56,483 nt of DNA from positions 1-56,483 of the forward strand of contig WLGJ01000001.1 of NCBI GenBank assembly GCA_009703275.1, in the 5' to 3' direction. A model generated the notes under the pieces. It saw only the letters and a program-made list of their open reading frames with translations. It had not been told where the DNA came from and did not search any database. This document shows, in pieces, positions 1 to 9,616 of this stretch. This stretch comes from Actinomycetota bacterium (GTDB lineage: Bacteria > Actinomycetota > Acidimicrobiia > Acidimicrobiales > Acidimicrobilacustridaceae). Each line of letters starts with the position of its first letter. Position 1 is the stretch's first letter. The translations under genes and the position numbers were made by a program.

Positions 1-495
1 CAACCACTCGTGCATCGCGACACGGCTGCCACTGAAGCGCTCCGGCACCTCATCTGGGATCCCGAGTCCATCACGCCTCTTCTCGACGAGGTTCTCTTTC
101 CCGATCCGCTCGCGGCCACGGCCTATCGGGCGCTGCTAGCTACGGCGTCTGTCGCCGATGCCATTGAGATGGCCGCTGCCGATGATCCTGTCGCAGGCAA
201 TCTCCTGCAACGTCTCGCTGTCGAAGAACCCGAGTCAACAGTGCAGAGCGTGATGATCCGACTCGTTGACGACGCTGCGAATGCATCCATGGCTGCGCTT
301 CAGGCCGAAGCCCGAGTTGCAGCCGATCCCTTCGCCGTAGGCGAAGCCATTCGCTGGCTCAACCTCCGAATCATGGATCTTCGTGAGCAAGAAGGTTCGC
401 TCAACGAAGACATGGAAGCCATGTACGACCTGCTGGCTTGGCTCACTGAATCCGAGAACGATTCAGTCGACCATGATGAGGTCCGTCATGTCTGA
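1..495 (+). CDS. dnaG: DNA primase, C-terminal part (gene begins before the window)
   Basis: Frame is open from base 1 and predicted helical. It lies directly upstream of and overlaps the primary sigma factor (conserved dnaG-rpoD order). Catalytic motifs are outside the window. Confidence 0.65.
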   Translation, partial: QPLVHRDTAATEALRHLIWDPESITPLLDEVLFPDPLAATAYRALLATASVADAIEMAAADDPVAGNLLQRLAVEEPESTVQSVMIRLVDDAANASMAALQAEARVAADPFAVGEAIRWLNLRIMDLREQEGSLNEDMEAMYDLLAWLTESENDSVDHDEVRHV

Positions 496-1843
496 GGTAA
501 CTGAGGTATCGGATTCGTCAACCGAGTCATCGTCTCGTGGTAATCCCCCCGATGACGCTGCGTTCAAACGGCTGGTCAAGCGTGGCTTGGCCCGACCCGA
601 TCTTGTTGTCTCCGGCGATGAAGCCATCGAAGCACTTATCGATGTCGATCCAACGCCGGAAGCAATTGAACAACTTCGTCTGCGTCTTGCTGAACACGGC
701 GTCACCCTTGACGATGCAGTTCCTGTTGCTGAAGAGATCGACGCGCTCGATGATGCCGACACTGTTGGTGATGTCGAAGAAGTCGTCATCATCGCTCACG
801 ACCCACTGCTCGATGACCTTGAAGACGACGACCTTGTTGAGCGTCGGATGCGGGCCCGATTCCGACCATCGACCAAAGGCACGATGCGACTGAATTCTCA
901 ATCGGGCGGCACTTCTGATCCTGTCCGCATGTACATGCGCGAGATTGGGCGCGTTTCGTTGTTGACGGGGCCCGAAGAAGTTGTACTGGCCAAGCAGATC
1001 GAACGAGGAACAGCGGCGTCGGAGCGGCTGGCTGACCTCGCTGCCGAAGGTTTGCTCGATGCCCTCGAACCGGCCGAACGTACGCAACTGAAGCGACTTG
1101 CTCGCAAAGGTGAAGACGCAAAGGCAGAACTCACCCAGGCCAATCTGCGCCTGGTCGTCTCGATTGCTAAGCGTTACGCGGGCGGCGGAGCAATGCAGCT
1201 TCTTGATCTCATTCAAGAAGGAAACCTTGGGCTTATGCGAGCAGTCGAGAAGTTTGACTGGACGAAGGGGTTCAAGTTCTCGACCTATGCCACGTGGTGG
1301 ATTCGCCAAGCCATCACTCGGGCAATTGCTGACCAAGCTCGAACAATTCGCATTCCTGTCCACATGATGGAAGCGATCAACAAACAGATTCGAGTCTCGC
1401 GCGAGATGACTCAGCAGCTTGAGCGTGAGCCAACCGACGAAGAACTTGCTTCCCGGCTGGAGTATCCGGTCGAGAAAGTGCGCGAGCTGAAGCGCTTTGC
1501 GATTGATCCACTGTCGCTTGATTCGCCGCTACGTGAAGGGGAGGATTCAAGCCTCTCCGACATCATCGAAGACCACCGCCTTGAGACTCCCGCCGATGCT
1601 GCGACTCGGCACATGCTCAACGAAGCGATCGAGGAAGCGCTCGACGAACTCAATGATCGTGAACGTGAACTTCTCCGCATGCGATTTGGGCTCGACGACG
1701 GTCAGCCCCGCACGCTTGAGGAAGTCGGACGCCAATTCGGTGTCACTCGCGAGCGAATTCGTCAGATCGAGACGAAAACGTTGGCGAAGCTGCGCAATCC
1801 TCAGCACAGTCAGCGTTTGCGCGACTACTTCGAGGTCGACTGA
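488..1843 (+). CDS. sigA: Primary RNA polymerase sigma-70 factor (SigA/RpoD)
   Basis: Region 1.2 [11 protein letters not shown], region 2 [13 protein letters not shown]...[18 protein letters not shown]...[31 protein letters not shown], region 4 [20 protein letters not shown]. Acidic N-terminus. Start placed at ATG 488. Confidence 0.96.
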   Translation: MSEVTEVSDSSTESSSRGNPPDDAAFKRLVKRGLARPDLVVSGDEAIEALIDVDPTPEAIEQLRLRLAEHGVTLDDAVPVAEEIDALDDADTVGDVEEVVIIAHDPLLDDLEDDDLVERRMRARFRPSTKGTMRLNSQSGGTSDPVRMYMREIGRVSLLTGPEEVVLAKQIERGTAASERLADLAAEGLLDALEPAERTQLKRLARKGEDAKAELTQANLRLVVSIAKRYAGGGAMQLLDLIQEGNLGLMRAVEKFDWTKGFKFSTYATWWIRQAITRAIADQARTIRIPVHMMEAINKQIRVSREMTQQLEREPTDEELASRLEYPVEKVRELKRFAIDPLSLDSPLREGEDSSLSDIIEDHRLETPADAATRHMLNEAIEEALDELNDRERELLRMRFGLDDGQPRTLEEVGRQFGVTRERIRQIETKTLAKLRNPQHSQRLRDYFEVD

Positions 1844-2025
1844 TGAAGCAGTTTCTTGTGGTGGGGCTGATTGCTGCCGTCGCCTCGGCTTTGGCGCTGG
1901 TGATAGCGGCACGCCGGCGCCAGCCGGAACCGTCCTGGGAACCAGGCTTGGAGTTCAACCCTGATTTCGATCTAACCCCCGAGGAAATCATGGCCGACAT
2001 CAGGGGAGAGTCGCCCACTGTCTAA
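1843..2025 (+). CDS. Small single-pass membrane protein, unknown function
   Basis: TGATG overlap with the sigA stop. Hydrophobic N-terminal helix followed by RRR and an acidic tail. Confidence 0.7.
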   Translation: MKQFLVVGLIAAVASALALVIAARRRQPEPSWEPGLEFNPDFDLTPEEIMADIRGESPTV

Positions 2026-2089
2026 TCGGCTCGACTCGGAGCCTGCCAAGCCGGCTGGTAGTGCTCTGGACGAGGGGTCTCGGGGCCGC

Positions 2090-2098
2090 TGCTATCCT
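2090..2098 (+). promoter_or_regulatory. Putative extended -10 promoter (TGnTATCCT) for the tRNA pair
   Basis: TGCTATCCT about 11 nt upstream of the tRNA-Asn 5' end. Confidence 0.45.
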
Positions 2099-2109
2099 CA
2101 CCTTTCCTT

Positions 2110-2182
2110 TCCGGGGTAGCTCAGCTGGCAGAGCATCTGACTGTTAATCAGAGGGTCGTGGGTTCGAGCCCCACCCCCGGAG
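2110..2182 (+). tRNA. tRNA-Asn(GTT)
   Basis: Acceptor stem TCCGGGG/CCCCGGA, D arm AGCTCAGCTGGCAGAGC, anticodon arm TCTGA-CT-GTT-AA-TCAGA, T loop GGTTCGAG. Confidence 0.96.
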
Positions 2183-2196
2183 CAAGATTGGCCAAC

Positions 2197-2272
<76 letters not shown>

Positions 2273-2311
2273 CCTGTTTGTTCGTGAGCGTTTGTGTTTG
2301 GAGGACCAGTG

Positions 2312-2731
2312 GTGAACCCAGTGTTCGCAGAGACATGGTCTGAAACGTGGAACTCCCACGATCCAAACGCAATCGTTCGTCTGTATGCCGATGACGGGAT
2401 TCATCGGATGGCTGCTGGCTCGACCTACGTGGGTGCCGCGCAATTGCGCCAGATGGTCGATCGCTCATTGCGCGGGTACCCGGATCTCCATTTTTTGATT
2501 CGGGATCATCAAGTGCTCAACGTCGATGAATCGTCGGCGAAACGCTTTGTTGTTGAATACACGATGACCGGAACTCAACGTGAAGCGATCGGCGATCGTA
2601 TTGGTACGGGCAAATCGATCACGATCGATGGCGCGATGATTGGAGAATTGGACGCAACTCAACGAATCCAACGGTGTACGGACTACCTCGATCACCATTC
2701 CATTCGTCAGCAACTTGGTCTGATCGATTGA
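2312..2731 (+). CDS. SnoaL/NTF2-like (ester cyclase family) protein
   Basis: WNSHDPNAIVRLYADD, YPDLHF, VEYTMTGT...G...G, DYLD pattern. GGAGG RBS at 2300 before GTG 2312. Confidence 0.8.
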   Translation: MNPVFAETWSETWNSHDPNAIVRLYADDGIHRMAAGSTYVGAAQLRQMVDRSLRGYPDLHFLIRDHQVLNVDESSAKRFVVEYTMTGTQREAIGDRIGTGKSITIDGAMIGELDATQRIQRCTDYLDHHSIRQQLGLID

Positions 2732-2758
2732 AGGCGCCGCTCACCTAGTATCGGGGCC

Positions 2759-3901
2759 ATGGAGCTCACCGTTGTTCTCCCATGCCTCAACGAGGCAGAA
2801 ACGCTGGCGGTGTGTATCCGTAAAGCCAAGGCCTCGATCGCAGGTCTGGGTATCGACGGCGAGGTTGTGGTCGCTGACAACGGCAGTACTGACGGTTCGC
2901 AGGACATCGCCAGGGCCGAAGGAGCTCGCGTCGTCGATGTCCCGATTCGTGGTTACGGCGCTGCTCTCACGGCCGGCATAGTCGATGCCAGGGGCGAGTT
3001 CGTCATTATGGGCGATGCCGACGACAGCTACGACCTCTCCAACCTTGGACCGTTCGTCGAGGCGCTTCGTGGTGGAGCCGACCTTGTTATGGGGAACAGG
3101 TTTGCTGGTGGCATCGAATCCGGAGCAATGCCTGCTCTCCACCGATACCTCGGAAACCCTGTGCTCACTGCAATTGGTCGAGTTCTCTTTCGGAGCCCCG
3201 TAAAAGATTTCCATTGCGGATTGCGTGGTTTTCGCCGCCAAGTAATCCTCGACCTTGATTTGCGAACAACTGGCATGGAGTTCGCAAGTGAAATGGTCGT
3301 GAAGGCGACTCTCAACAAACTCAACATCGTTGAAGTTCCGACCACGTTGTCGCCTGATGGGCGCAGCCGACGTCCGCATCTGCGCACGTGGAGCGACGGT
3401 TGGCGGCATTTTCGTTTCCTTCTTCTCTACAGCCCCCGTTGGCTCTTTCTCTATCCGGGGATGGTCCTCTTTCTCGTCGGTCTCGTTCTGGGTGGAGCTC
3501 TGCTTGCCGGTCCAATTCAGATTGGCGAGCATGCGCTCGATGTTTCGGCGCTTGTGTATGCCATGGCTGCAGTTCTCATTGGTTTTCAGGCAATTCTTTT
3601 TGCTGCATTCTCCAGAGCCTTCGTTACGAACGAAGGACTGATGCCGGCTTCTCCCGGCATGCAACAAGCGTTCAAAGTTCTGAATTTAGAGCGCGGCCTC
3701 GTTATCGGAGTCCTACTCCTGGTCGTTGGCATTGCACTTGCGATTTACGGTTTCATTAACTGGGGTTCATCGGACTTCGGCGCACTGAATGCCCGCGACG
3801 CAGTCCGACTTGCCGTGCCCGCCGCAACGCTTTCGGTGCTCGGCGTCGAAACGATCATGGGCAGTTTCTTTCTAAGCATGCTGGGGTTGTCGCGTCGATG
3901 A
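2759..3901 (+). CDS. GT2 glycosyltransferase (polyprenol-phosphate sugar synthase-like) with C-terminal TM helices
   Basis: VVLPCLNE, VADNGSTDGS, RGYGAAL, MGDADDSY (DXD), DFHCGLRG, and a hydrophobic C-terminus. Confidence 0.9.
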   Translation: MELTVVLPCLNEAETLAVCIRKAKASIAGLGIDGEVVVADNGSTDGSQDIARAEGARVVDVPIRGYGAALTAGIVDARGEFVIMGDADDSYDLSNLGPFVEALRGGADLVMGNRFAGGIESGAMPALHRYLGNPVLTAIGRVLFRSPVKDFHCGLRGFRRQVILDLDLRTTGMEFASEMVVKATLNKLNIVEVPTTLSPDGRSRRPHLRTWSDGWRHFRFLLLYSPRWLFLYPGMVLFLVGLVLGGALLAGPIQIGEHALDVSALVYAMAAVLIGFQAILFAAFSRAFVTNEGLMPASPGMQQAFKVLNLERGLVIGVLLLVVGIALAIYGFINWGSSDFGALNARDAVRLAVPAATLSVLGVETIMGSFFLSMLGLSRR

Positions 3902-4917
3902 CGCCGCGAGTCAGCGCAGTCGTTCTTTCGTATCAAGACGAACCGTGGCTTGAGCGTGGCATTCACGCGCTTCTCGCATCTGAGGGCGTCGAGATCGACG
4001 TTGTCCTTGTTGACAACGGCTGCACCGACGGCGCCGTTGAGCGCTTGCGGGGTACTCCAGGGCTCACCGTCGTGGGCGACGGCGAGAACCTGGGTTTCTC
4101 TCCCGGCTGTAACTTCGGAGCCACCTTCACAAAGGGCGATTACCTCGTAATGGCCAATGGCGATCTTGTCGTCGAACCCGATGCACTTCTTCGTTTAGTC
4201 GAAGTTGCGAGTGACCCAACCGTGGGCATAGCCGGCGGAAGCATCCGGCTCAACGACGACATCACCATGTTGAACTCTGCCGGCAACGACATTCATTTTC
4301 TCGGCTTCAGTTGGGTCGGTGGCTTCGGTGAGCCGGCGGCGACCCATGCGATCGCCAAAGACGTCGCGAGCGCAATGGCCGCACTCGTGATGTTGCGCCG
4401 CGATGTGTGGGAATCACTCGACGGTTACGAATCGCATTACTTCGCGTTTCACGAAGACGCAGACATGAGCTGGCGCTGCTGGCAGCGAGGGCTTCGGGTT
4501 CATTACGTTCCCGATGCAATTGGTCGTCACCGTTACGAATTCGGTCGCGTCGGCAACAAGATGTACCTCGTTGAACGCAATCGTTTGATTTTTATGCTGA
4601 CGTGTTGGGATTCTCGGACGCTCGTACTCCTCGCCCCGCTCATCGCTGCCACTGAGGTTGCAATGGCGCTCATCGGTGCAAAAAGCGGATGGTTCGGCGA
4701 AAAAGTCCACGGATGGGGCTGGCTGCTCTCACACCGGAAGTGGTTGCGTGAACGTCGTCGTGCAGTGCAGTCCGAACGAACGGTGGGGGATAAGGAACTC
4801 TCGGCCCTGATGTCGGACCGACTTGATGCCAAGAACTTTCCGATTCCTAAGTCACTTTTGTTTCTCGATGCAGCTGCAGCGGGCTACTGGCGCACCGCAC
4901 GTCGATTCTTGCGCTGA
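3898..4917 (+). CDS. GT2 glycosyltransferase (WbbL/rhamnosyltransferase-like)
   Basis: LVDNGCTDG, NLGFSPGCN, ANGD, YFAFHEDADMSWR, ERNRL. ATGA overlap with the upstream GT2. Confidence 0.88.
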   Translation: MTPRVSAVVLSYQDEPWLERGIHALLASEGVEIDVVLVDNGCTDGAVERLRGTPGLTVVGDGENLGFSPGCNFGATFTKGDYLVMANGDLVVEPDALLRLVEVASDPTVGIAGGSIRLNDDITMLNSAGNDIHFLGFSWVGGFGEPAATHAIAKDVASAMAALVMLRRDVWESLDGYESHYFAFHEDADMSWRCWQRGLRVHYVPDAIGRHRYEFGRVGNKMYLVERNRLIFMLTCWDSRTLVLLAPLIAATEVAMALIGAKSGWFGEKVHGWGWLLSHRKWLRERRRAVQSERTVGDKELSALMSDRLDAKNFPIPKSLLFLDAAAAGYWRTARRFLR

Positions 4918-4982
4918 CATTCTCACGAAACTCTTACCCTGAAGAGGCCTCTACTCATCGAGGGCTCTCGTACACTTCGCCT

Positions 4983-5663
4983 ATGGCAGACGAGAACTCT
5001 CCGGCGGAAATGCATTCTGATTCGCTGTATCGGCGAGCGATCTCCCGCCGATCCGTTCTGGCTGGAGCAGCGGCATTTGGCGCAGTTCTCGCAGTGCCGG
5101 CGCTGGCCTGTGGTGGAAAGAGCGACAAGGACGTCTTCAGTTCCACAACGCAAGTGCCAGGAACAACAGCGCCATCGGGGGGCAGCTCTACCTCGGCGAA
5201 GGCCTCAGGATCTGGAGTTCCCATTCCTGCAAGCGGTCAGGTTGCGATCGACTTCACCTATGCGGCGACCGAAGGCGGAAGAGCAAAGAATCCCTACATC
5301 GCGGTGTGGGTAGAAACGGCAGCGGGTGAATTCGTCGACACAATTTCGCTTTGGTATTCATCTGGTGAGAACGAGCGCTACTTGAGTGACATGCGATCAT
5401 GGATGTCGTCGAGTGGCGGAACCGACAAGTCAATGTCGAGTGCGACGCGTAACGCTGGCTCGTATTCGGTGGCATGGGACGGAAAAGATGCGTCGGGTCA
5501 GAAGATGCCGCAGGGCGACTATCTCTTCTTCATCGAATGCGCCCGTGAGAAGGGCCCCTACGAAGTCATTTCTCAGCCGTTGACGATTGCCGCAGTTCCA
5601 TCATCGGCGAGCCCTGCTGACAAGGGCGAAATCTCCAAGGTCTTGATGACCTACATCCCCTGA
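4983..5663 (+). CDS. DUF2271-family Tat-exported (lipo)protein, putative flavinylation substrate
   Basis: SRRSVL twin-arginine motif with LAC lipobox. NPYIAVWVE, SSATR..G.YSVAWDGKD..G...PQGDY...IECAREKG match DUF2271. Confidence 0.85.
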   Translation: MADENSPAEMHSDSLYRRAISRRSVLAGAAAFGAVLAVPALACGGKSDKDVFSSTTQVPGTTAPSGGSSTSAKASGSGVPIPASGQVAIDFTYAATEGGRAKNPYIAVWVETAAGEFVDTISLWYSSGENERYLSDMRSWMSSSGGTDKSMSSATRNAGSYSVAWDGKDASGQKMPQGDYLFFIECAREKGPYEVISQPLTIAAVPSSASPADKGEISKVLMTYIP

Positions 5664-5665
5664 TC

Positions 5666-6268
5666 ATGGCCGACATGACCGACGCCAAGCGGGCGACGAA
5701 CAAGTGGTCGCGACTCATTCACGTCTACACCTCGATGGCGGCGTTGCTGTTGGTGTTGTTTTTTGGCATCACGGGAATCACCTTGAACCATCCGACATGG
5801 TCGATCGGTGATTCCTCGACCACGGCGACGGAAACTGGTGTGCTTCCGATGTCACCAAAGGCCAACGGTGCGGTCGACTACCTCACGGTTTCGGAATTCG
5901 CACGAAACGAACTTGGCGTGAGGGGACAAGTTGAAGGATTTGATTCGACGGGCACCTCCGCCTCGATCCGCTATCGGCAGCCCGGATATGCGGCCGATCT
6001 CACGTTCTCGACAACCAGCGGCCAGTACGAATTAGTTACCGAACAACAAGGAATGTTCTGGGGTGTGATGAACGACCTCCACAAGGGTCGTAGTGCAGGG
6101 TCGTCCTGGAAGTGGCTGATCGATATTGCTGGACTTCTGCTCGTGGTGATCTCGATCAGTGGGTTGGTGATGCAGTTGTTCCTGCGCAAGCGACGCACCG
6201 CTGCCCTCATCGTTTCTGGTGTGGGCGTCGTCGTGGTGCTGATCCTGATCTGGATCACGCTTAGCTGA
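5666..6268 (+). CDS. PepSY-associated TM helix membrane protein
   Basis: RLIHVYTS...FFGITGITLNHP and NDLHKGR...W.WLID conserved His motifs. Three TM segments. Confidence 0.88.
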   Translation: MADMTDAKRATNKWSRLIHVYTSMAALLLVLFFGITGITLNHPTWSIGDSSTTATETGVLPMSPKANGAVDYLTVSEFARNELGVRGQVEGFDSTGTSASIRYRQPGYAADLTFSTTSGQYELVTEQQGMFWGVMNDLHKGRSAGSSWKWLIDIAGLLLVVISISGLVMQLFLRKRRTAALIVSGVGVVVVLILIWITLS

Positions 6269-7217
6269 GGTCGACCTCGATCTGTTTCCAAGGATCAGAT
6301 CGGTGCTGGCGGCCATCGGAATCGACGATGAATATCGGGATCCCATTTTCGTTTGCTTCGGCAATCGCATCAGTCGGCTGCTGAACGCCGAGGATCGTCG
6401 CAAGGGCATCTGCGGTTGCTGCAGTGTCAGCCACGACGGACAGTGAAACGGTCGCTTCGACGGGCCATCCACTGCGAGGGTCAATGACATGACCGAATTT
6501 CTTGTCCCCGATGCGGAACCCCTTTCGGGCTGATCCGCTTGTAGCAACGGCTGCGTTGGAAATTGAGATCGCAGCGATCGGCGGTTCATTGTCGAAAGGA
6601 CGAAACGGGTTCTCAATTCCGACGATGAGGGGGTCCGCACCTGAACGGCGGAGATCACCGCCGGCATTCACGGTGACCGTTCGGACACTGTGATGCTTGA
6701 GCAGATGCTCCACGGCTCGATCCACGATCCACCCCTTTGCGAAGGCGTTGAGGGTGCATCTCGAGCAATCACCGAGTTGTTCGACCGCTCCACTGCGACT
6801 CGTTTGCCAGCGAGGTGAAGCAATCGCATCGGCGATGCGTTGGGCTGATGCAGTATCGGGCATGGTCTCGGCGCTCTGAGCGCTGTTCCAGAACTCGGTG
6901 AGTTCGGCCACTGCCGGGTTGAATCGGCCGCTAGACGAGTGTTGCCAATGCGCAGATTCACAAAGGACTTGTGTGAGTTCAGTGCTGATCTCGGCGATGT
7001 CGTTGCGCGCCCACCGAGAAAACTCACTCGTTGGATCCACTGACGAGAAGATGTTCTGCAGTCGAACCATTTCTTCGACTGCAGCAGAGATGTACGACCG
7101 ACCCTCGGCGTCAGCGTCTGTGCCAGCAAGTACGAGTTGTACTTCCACGGCAGTACCCATGACAGGCTCATGCCATTCAGTGATTCGAGTTGTTGACTCG
7201 TCTTGAGTGGAACTCAT
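6261..7217 (-). CDS. apbE: FAD:protein FMN transferase
   Basis: VMGT, SEFSRW, FNPAV, LNAFAKGWIVD, VNAGGD, AVATSG, GHVIDPRSG, ADALAT. Confidence 0.93.
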   Translation of the reverse strand: MSSTQDESTTRITEWHEPVMGTAVEVQLVLAGTDADAEGRSYISAAVEEMVRLQNIFSSVDPTSEFSRWARNDIAEISTELTQVLCESAHWQHSSSGRFNPAVAELTEFWNSAQSAETMPDTASAQRIADAIASPRWQTSRSGAVEQLGDCSRCTLNAFAKGWIVDRAVEHLLKHHSVRTVTVNAGGDLRRSGADPLIVGIENPFRPFDNEPPIAAISISNAAVATSGSARKGFRIGDKKFGHVIDPRSGWPVEATVSLSVVADTAATADALATILGVQQPTDAIAEANENGIPIFIVDSDGRQHRSDPWKQIEVDLS

Positions 7218-8021
7218 TTAGCGAACGTTGACGCGGATGACCTCACGCCGCTTCGGGTAGTAGTCCGCGACAGCAAAGTGATGCGTGGGGCGTTCATCCC
7301 AGAGAACAAGATCGCCAACGGTCCACTTCCAACGCACCTCGAAGTTGGGGTTCGCGCAATGGACATAAAGGAAACTGAGGATCGCCTGGCTTTCCGCCTT
7401 CGTCATCTCATTGATATGAGAGGTGAACTCTGAATTCACATTGATGAACTTCTTTGCCGTCACGGGGTGAACTCCGATGACGGGATGATTTGCTCCGGGA
7501 ACAAGTTTGAGGGTGGCATCGACGATTTCGTCGCCAGCTTTGGAACGGAATGCGACTTCATCGCCGAGGTTGTGCCAAGCCGTTAGCCCGTCGAGTGCGG
7601 ACTTCATTGGGTCGCTCAACGCGTCGTAGGACGCGTACATCGATGCAAAGACGGTGTCGCCGCCTCGGTCAGGGAGTTCCACCATCCGAAGACTTCCGAA
7701 TGTTGGGGGCTCTGGATCCCAACTGACATCGGTGTGCCATTTGTCTTGATAGGGCGGGTGGTCGATGTCATCGACAATGTGTCCCGCTTTGAATTCTGTT
7801 GCACCAAGAGCTCGGGCGATCGGGTGGAAGTAGGGGCCGCCGAAATTGAGGGTGAAGGTGACTTGCTGCTCGTCAGTCATCGCGCCCTGACCGGGAAAGA
7901 AGAGGACGAGGTATTCCTCAATTGCCGCTTTGATCGCAACGACGTCGTCGGGCGTGGCAAATGCAAGATCGATGCCTTCAACGATTGCCCCGAGATGGCC
8001 GGCAACAGGTGTGATATTCAT
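7218..8021 (-). CDS. TauD/TfdA Fe(II)/2-oxoglutarate dioxygenase
   Basis: LGAIVEGIDL, WHTD (HxD), GGDTVFASM, HPV...HP, WDER..HH...R. Confidence 0.92.
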   Translation of the reverse strand: MNITPVAGHLGAIVEGIDLAFATPDDVVAIKAAIEEYLVLFFPGQGAMTDEQQVTFTLNFGGPYFHPIARALGATEFKAGHIVDDIDHPPYQDKWHTDVSWDPEPPTFGSLRMVELPDRGGDTVFASMYASYDALSDPMKSALDGLTAWHNLGDEVAFRSKAGDEIVDATLKLVPGANHPVIGVHPVTAKKFINVNSEFTSHINEMTKAESQAILSFLYVHCANPNFEVRWKWTVGDLVLWDERPTHHFAVADYYPKRREVIRVNVR

Positions 8022-8509
8022 GATTTGAGAGTAATGAACATCACGGTATTGGGTACTGAATTCAGGGTGACTATTCGTTCAATCGTCCATCCGCGCTGTT
8101 CGTAAAACTTGGTCTTGTGCTCGGTGACAAGTCGCAGTCGCTGAAAGCCGAGTAATCGGGCCTGTTCGGTAACGAAGTCCAGTAGGGCAGCACCAACGCC
8201 TTGGCGCCGAAACGCTGGGTCGACCACGAGCCCGGCAAACCACGGGCCCTCAAGGTCACGCTCGTCGCGGGGTTCGACCTCGCCGTCGCCGACGAGCATT
8301 GCGACGCCAAGCGGTTCTCCCTCTTCATTGCAGGCGAACCACGCCAACCGAAGTGTTGTGATGTCCCACTCGTCGTATCGGTTGTTGAGAAGGTCAAACT
8401 GCGAACGATCGACGGTTGCGGCGGGATAGAGGTGACCCCACTCATCGTTCTGGAGTTGGGCAAAGTGGGTCGCGGCTTCGGGAATTGATGAGGTAGGTGC
8501 GTAGTTCAT
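8018..8509 (-). CDS. GNAT acetyltransferase
   Basis: PWFAGLVVDPAFRRQGVG acetyl-CoA motif and FYEQRGW. Confidence 0.88.
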   Translation of the reverse strand: MNYAPTSSIPEAATHFAQLQNDEWGHLYPAATVDRSQFDLLNNRYDEWDITTLRLAWFACNEEGEPLGVAMLVGDGEVEPRDERDLEGPWFAGLVVDPAFRRQGVGAALLDFVTEQARLLGFQRLRLVTEHKTKFYEQRGWTIERIVTLNSVPNTVMFITLKS

Positions 8510-8557
8510 CGTTCTGAATTGCGGCAGGTGGTCTGAGATAGTTTATGTACTCCCCTT

Positions 8558-9616
8558 ATGACTCGCCTTCGTGTTCTCATCGTCGCATCCGAAGCGCCGC
8601 CACTCGTTTCTGGCGTCGCGAAATCAATTGGTGAGATAGCGGATGGTCTGATTGCCCGAGGTCATGAAGTTGTAGTCCTTTCCTCAGCGGAAGCTCGAGG
8701 AGTTCGGTGGGACCGGATTCGCTTCTCCACCCTCATGGCACAGGTCGGCGCAGTCATTGAGAACGACGGTCCGTTCGACATCATCAACATTCACGGACCA
8801 GCACCATCGATTAGCGATCTCGCACTGTTGCGATTCACGAAACGGAATCGGGGAGCGAAGATCGTTTACACACACCACTTTTCGCTGCACTTTGGAAAGT
8901 GGTCCGCCGATGTTCTCGGCCGTCTTTACGAGATGTTCTTTCGACGTGTGGCAAAGAAATGCGACGGCATCGTCACGACGACGAAGGACTATGCGGTCCC
9001 GTTTGAACGTCATGGAATGACAGTTGCAGTCATTCCCTGGGGCTTTGATGAGGCCCGGTTTTTTCCCGGCGAGCGCGAGTACTCCGGTGAGGGCCCCCTT
9101 CGGGTCCTCGCAGTCGGGCAGTTTCGTCGCTACAAGGGCATGGCAGTGGCCGTTCGAGCGGTTGTGGGCCACCCGGACCTTGACCTGACGTTGGTGGGAC
9201 AAGGACCTGTTCTCTCAAGCGTCCTGCAGCAAATCCCAGTTACATCGACCAATGTGCGTCACTACGGTCGTGTAGCTGACGACGGCCTCGGCCAAATGAT
9301 GCGCGAGCACGATGTCATCCTTTTGCCATCGCGAACAAGAGCCGAGGCATTCGGAATTGTGCTGCTCGAGGGGATGGCGAGTGGATGTGTGCCGGTCGCG
9401 TCCAGTCTTCCAGGAGTCCGAGAGGTCGTCGGATCAGTCGGGCTTACGACGAGGCCGGGTGACGAGCTGTCGCTTCGGAAGGCTCTTCAATCACTCGCGC
9501 GTAATCCCGAGGAAGTCGCGCGGCTCCGAAAGGATGCAGTCGAACGAGCCTCTTCCTATACCTGGGAGAGAACTGTCGACGCCTACGAAGCGTTGTTTCA
9601 ACGGTTGGTTCGATGA
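8558..9616 (+). CDS. GT4 (GT-B) glycosyltransferase
   Basis: PPLVSG, YKG, LPSRTRAEAFGIVLLEGMASG.PV. Confidence 0.92.
   Translation: MTRLRVLIVASEAPPLVSGVAKSIGEIADGLIARGHEVVVLSSAEARGVRWDRIRFSTLMAQVGAVIENDGPFDIINIHGPAPSISDLALLRFTKRNRGAKIVYTHHFSLHFGKWSADVLGRLYEMFFRRVAKKCDGIVTTTKDYAVPFERHGMTVAVIPWGFDEARFFPGEREYSGEGPLRVLAVGQFRRYKGMAVAVRAVVGHPDLDLTLVGQGPVLSSVLQQIPVTSTNVRHYGRVADDGLGQMMREHDVILLPSRTRAEAFGIVLLEGMASGCVPVASSLPGVREVVGSVGLTTRPGDELSLRKALQSLARNPEEVARLRKDAVERASSYTWERTVDAYEALFQRLVR

Noticed and set aside
2273-8509. Island integrated at tRNA-Asn or tRNA(CAT)
   Set aside because: No duplicated tRNA 3' end and no integrase were found downstream by eye.
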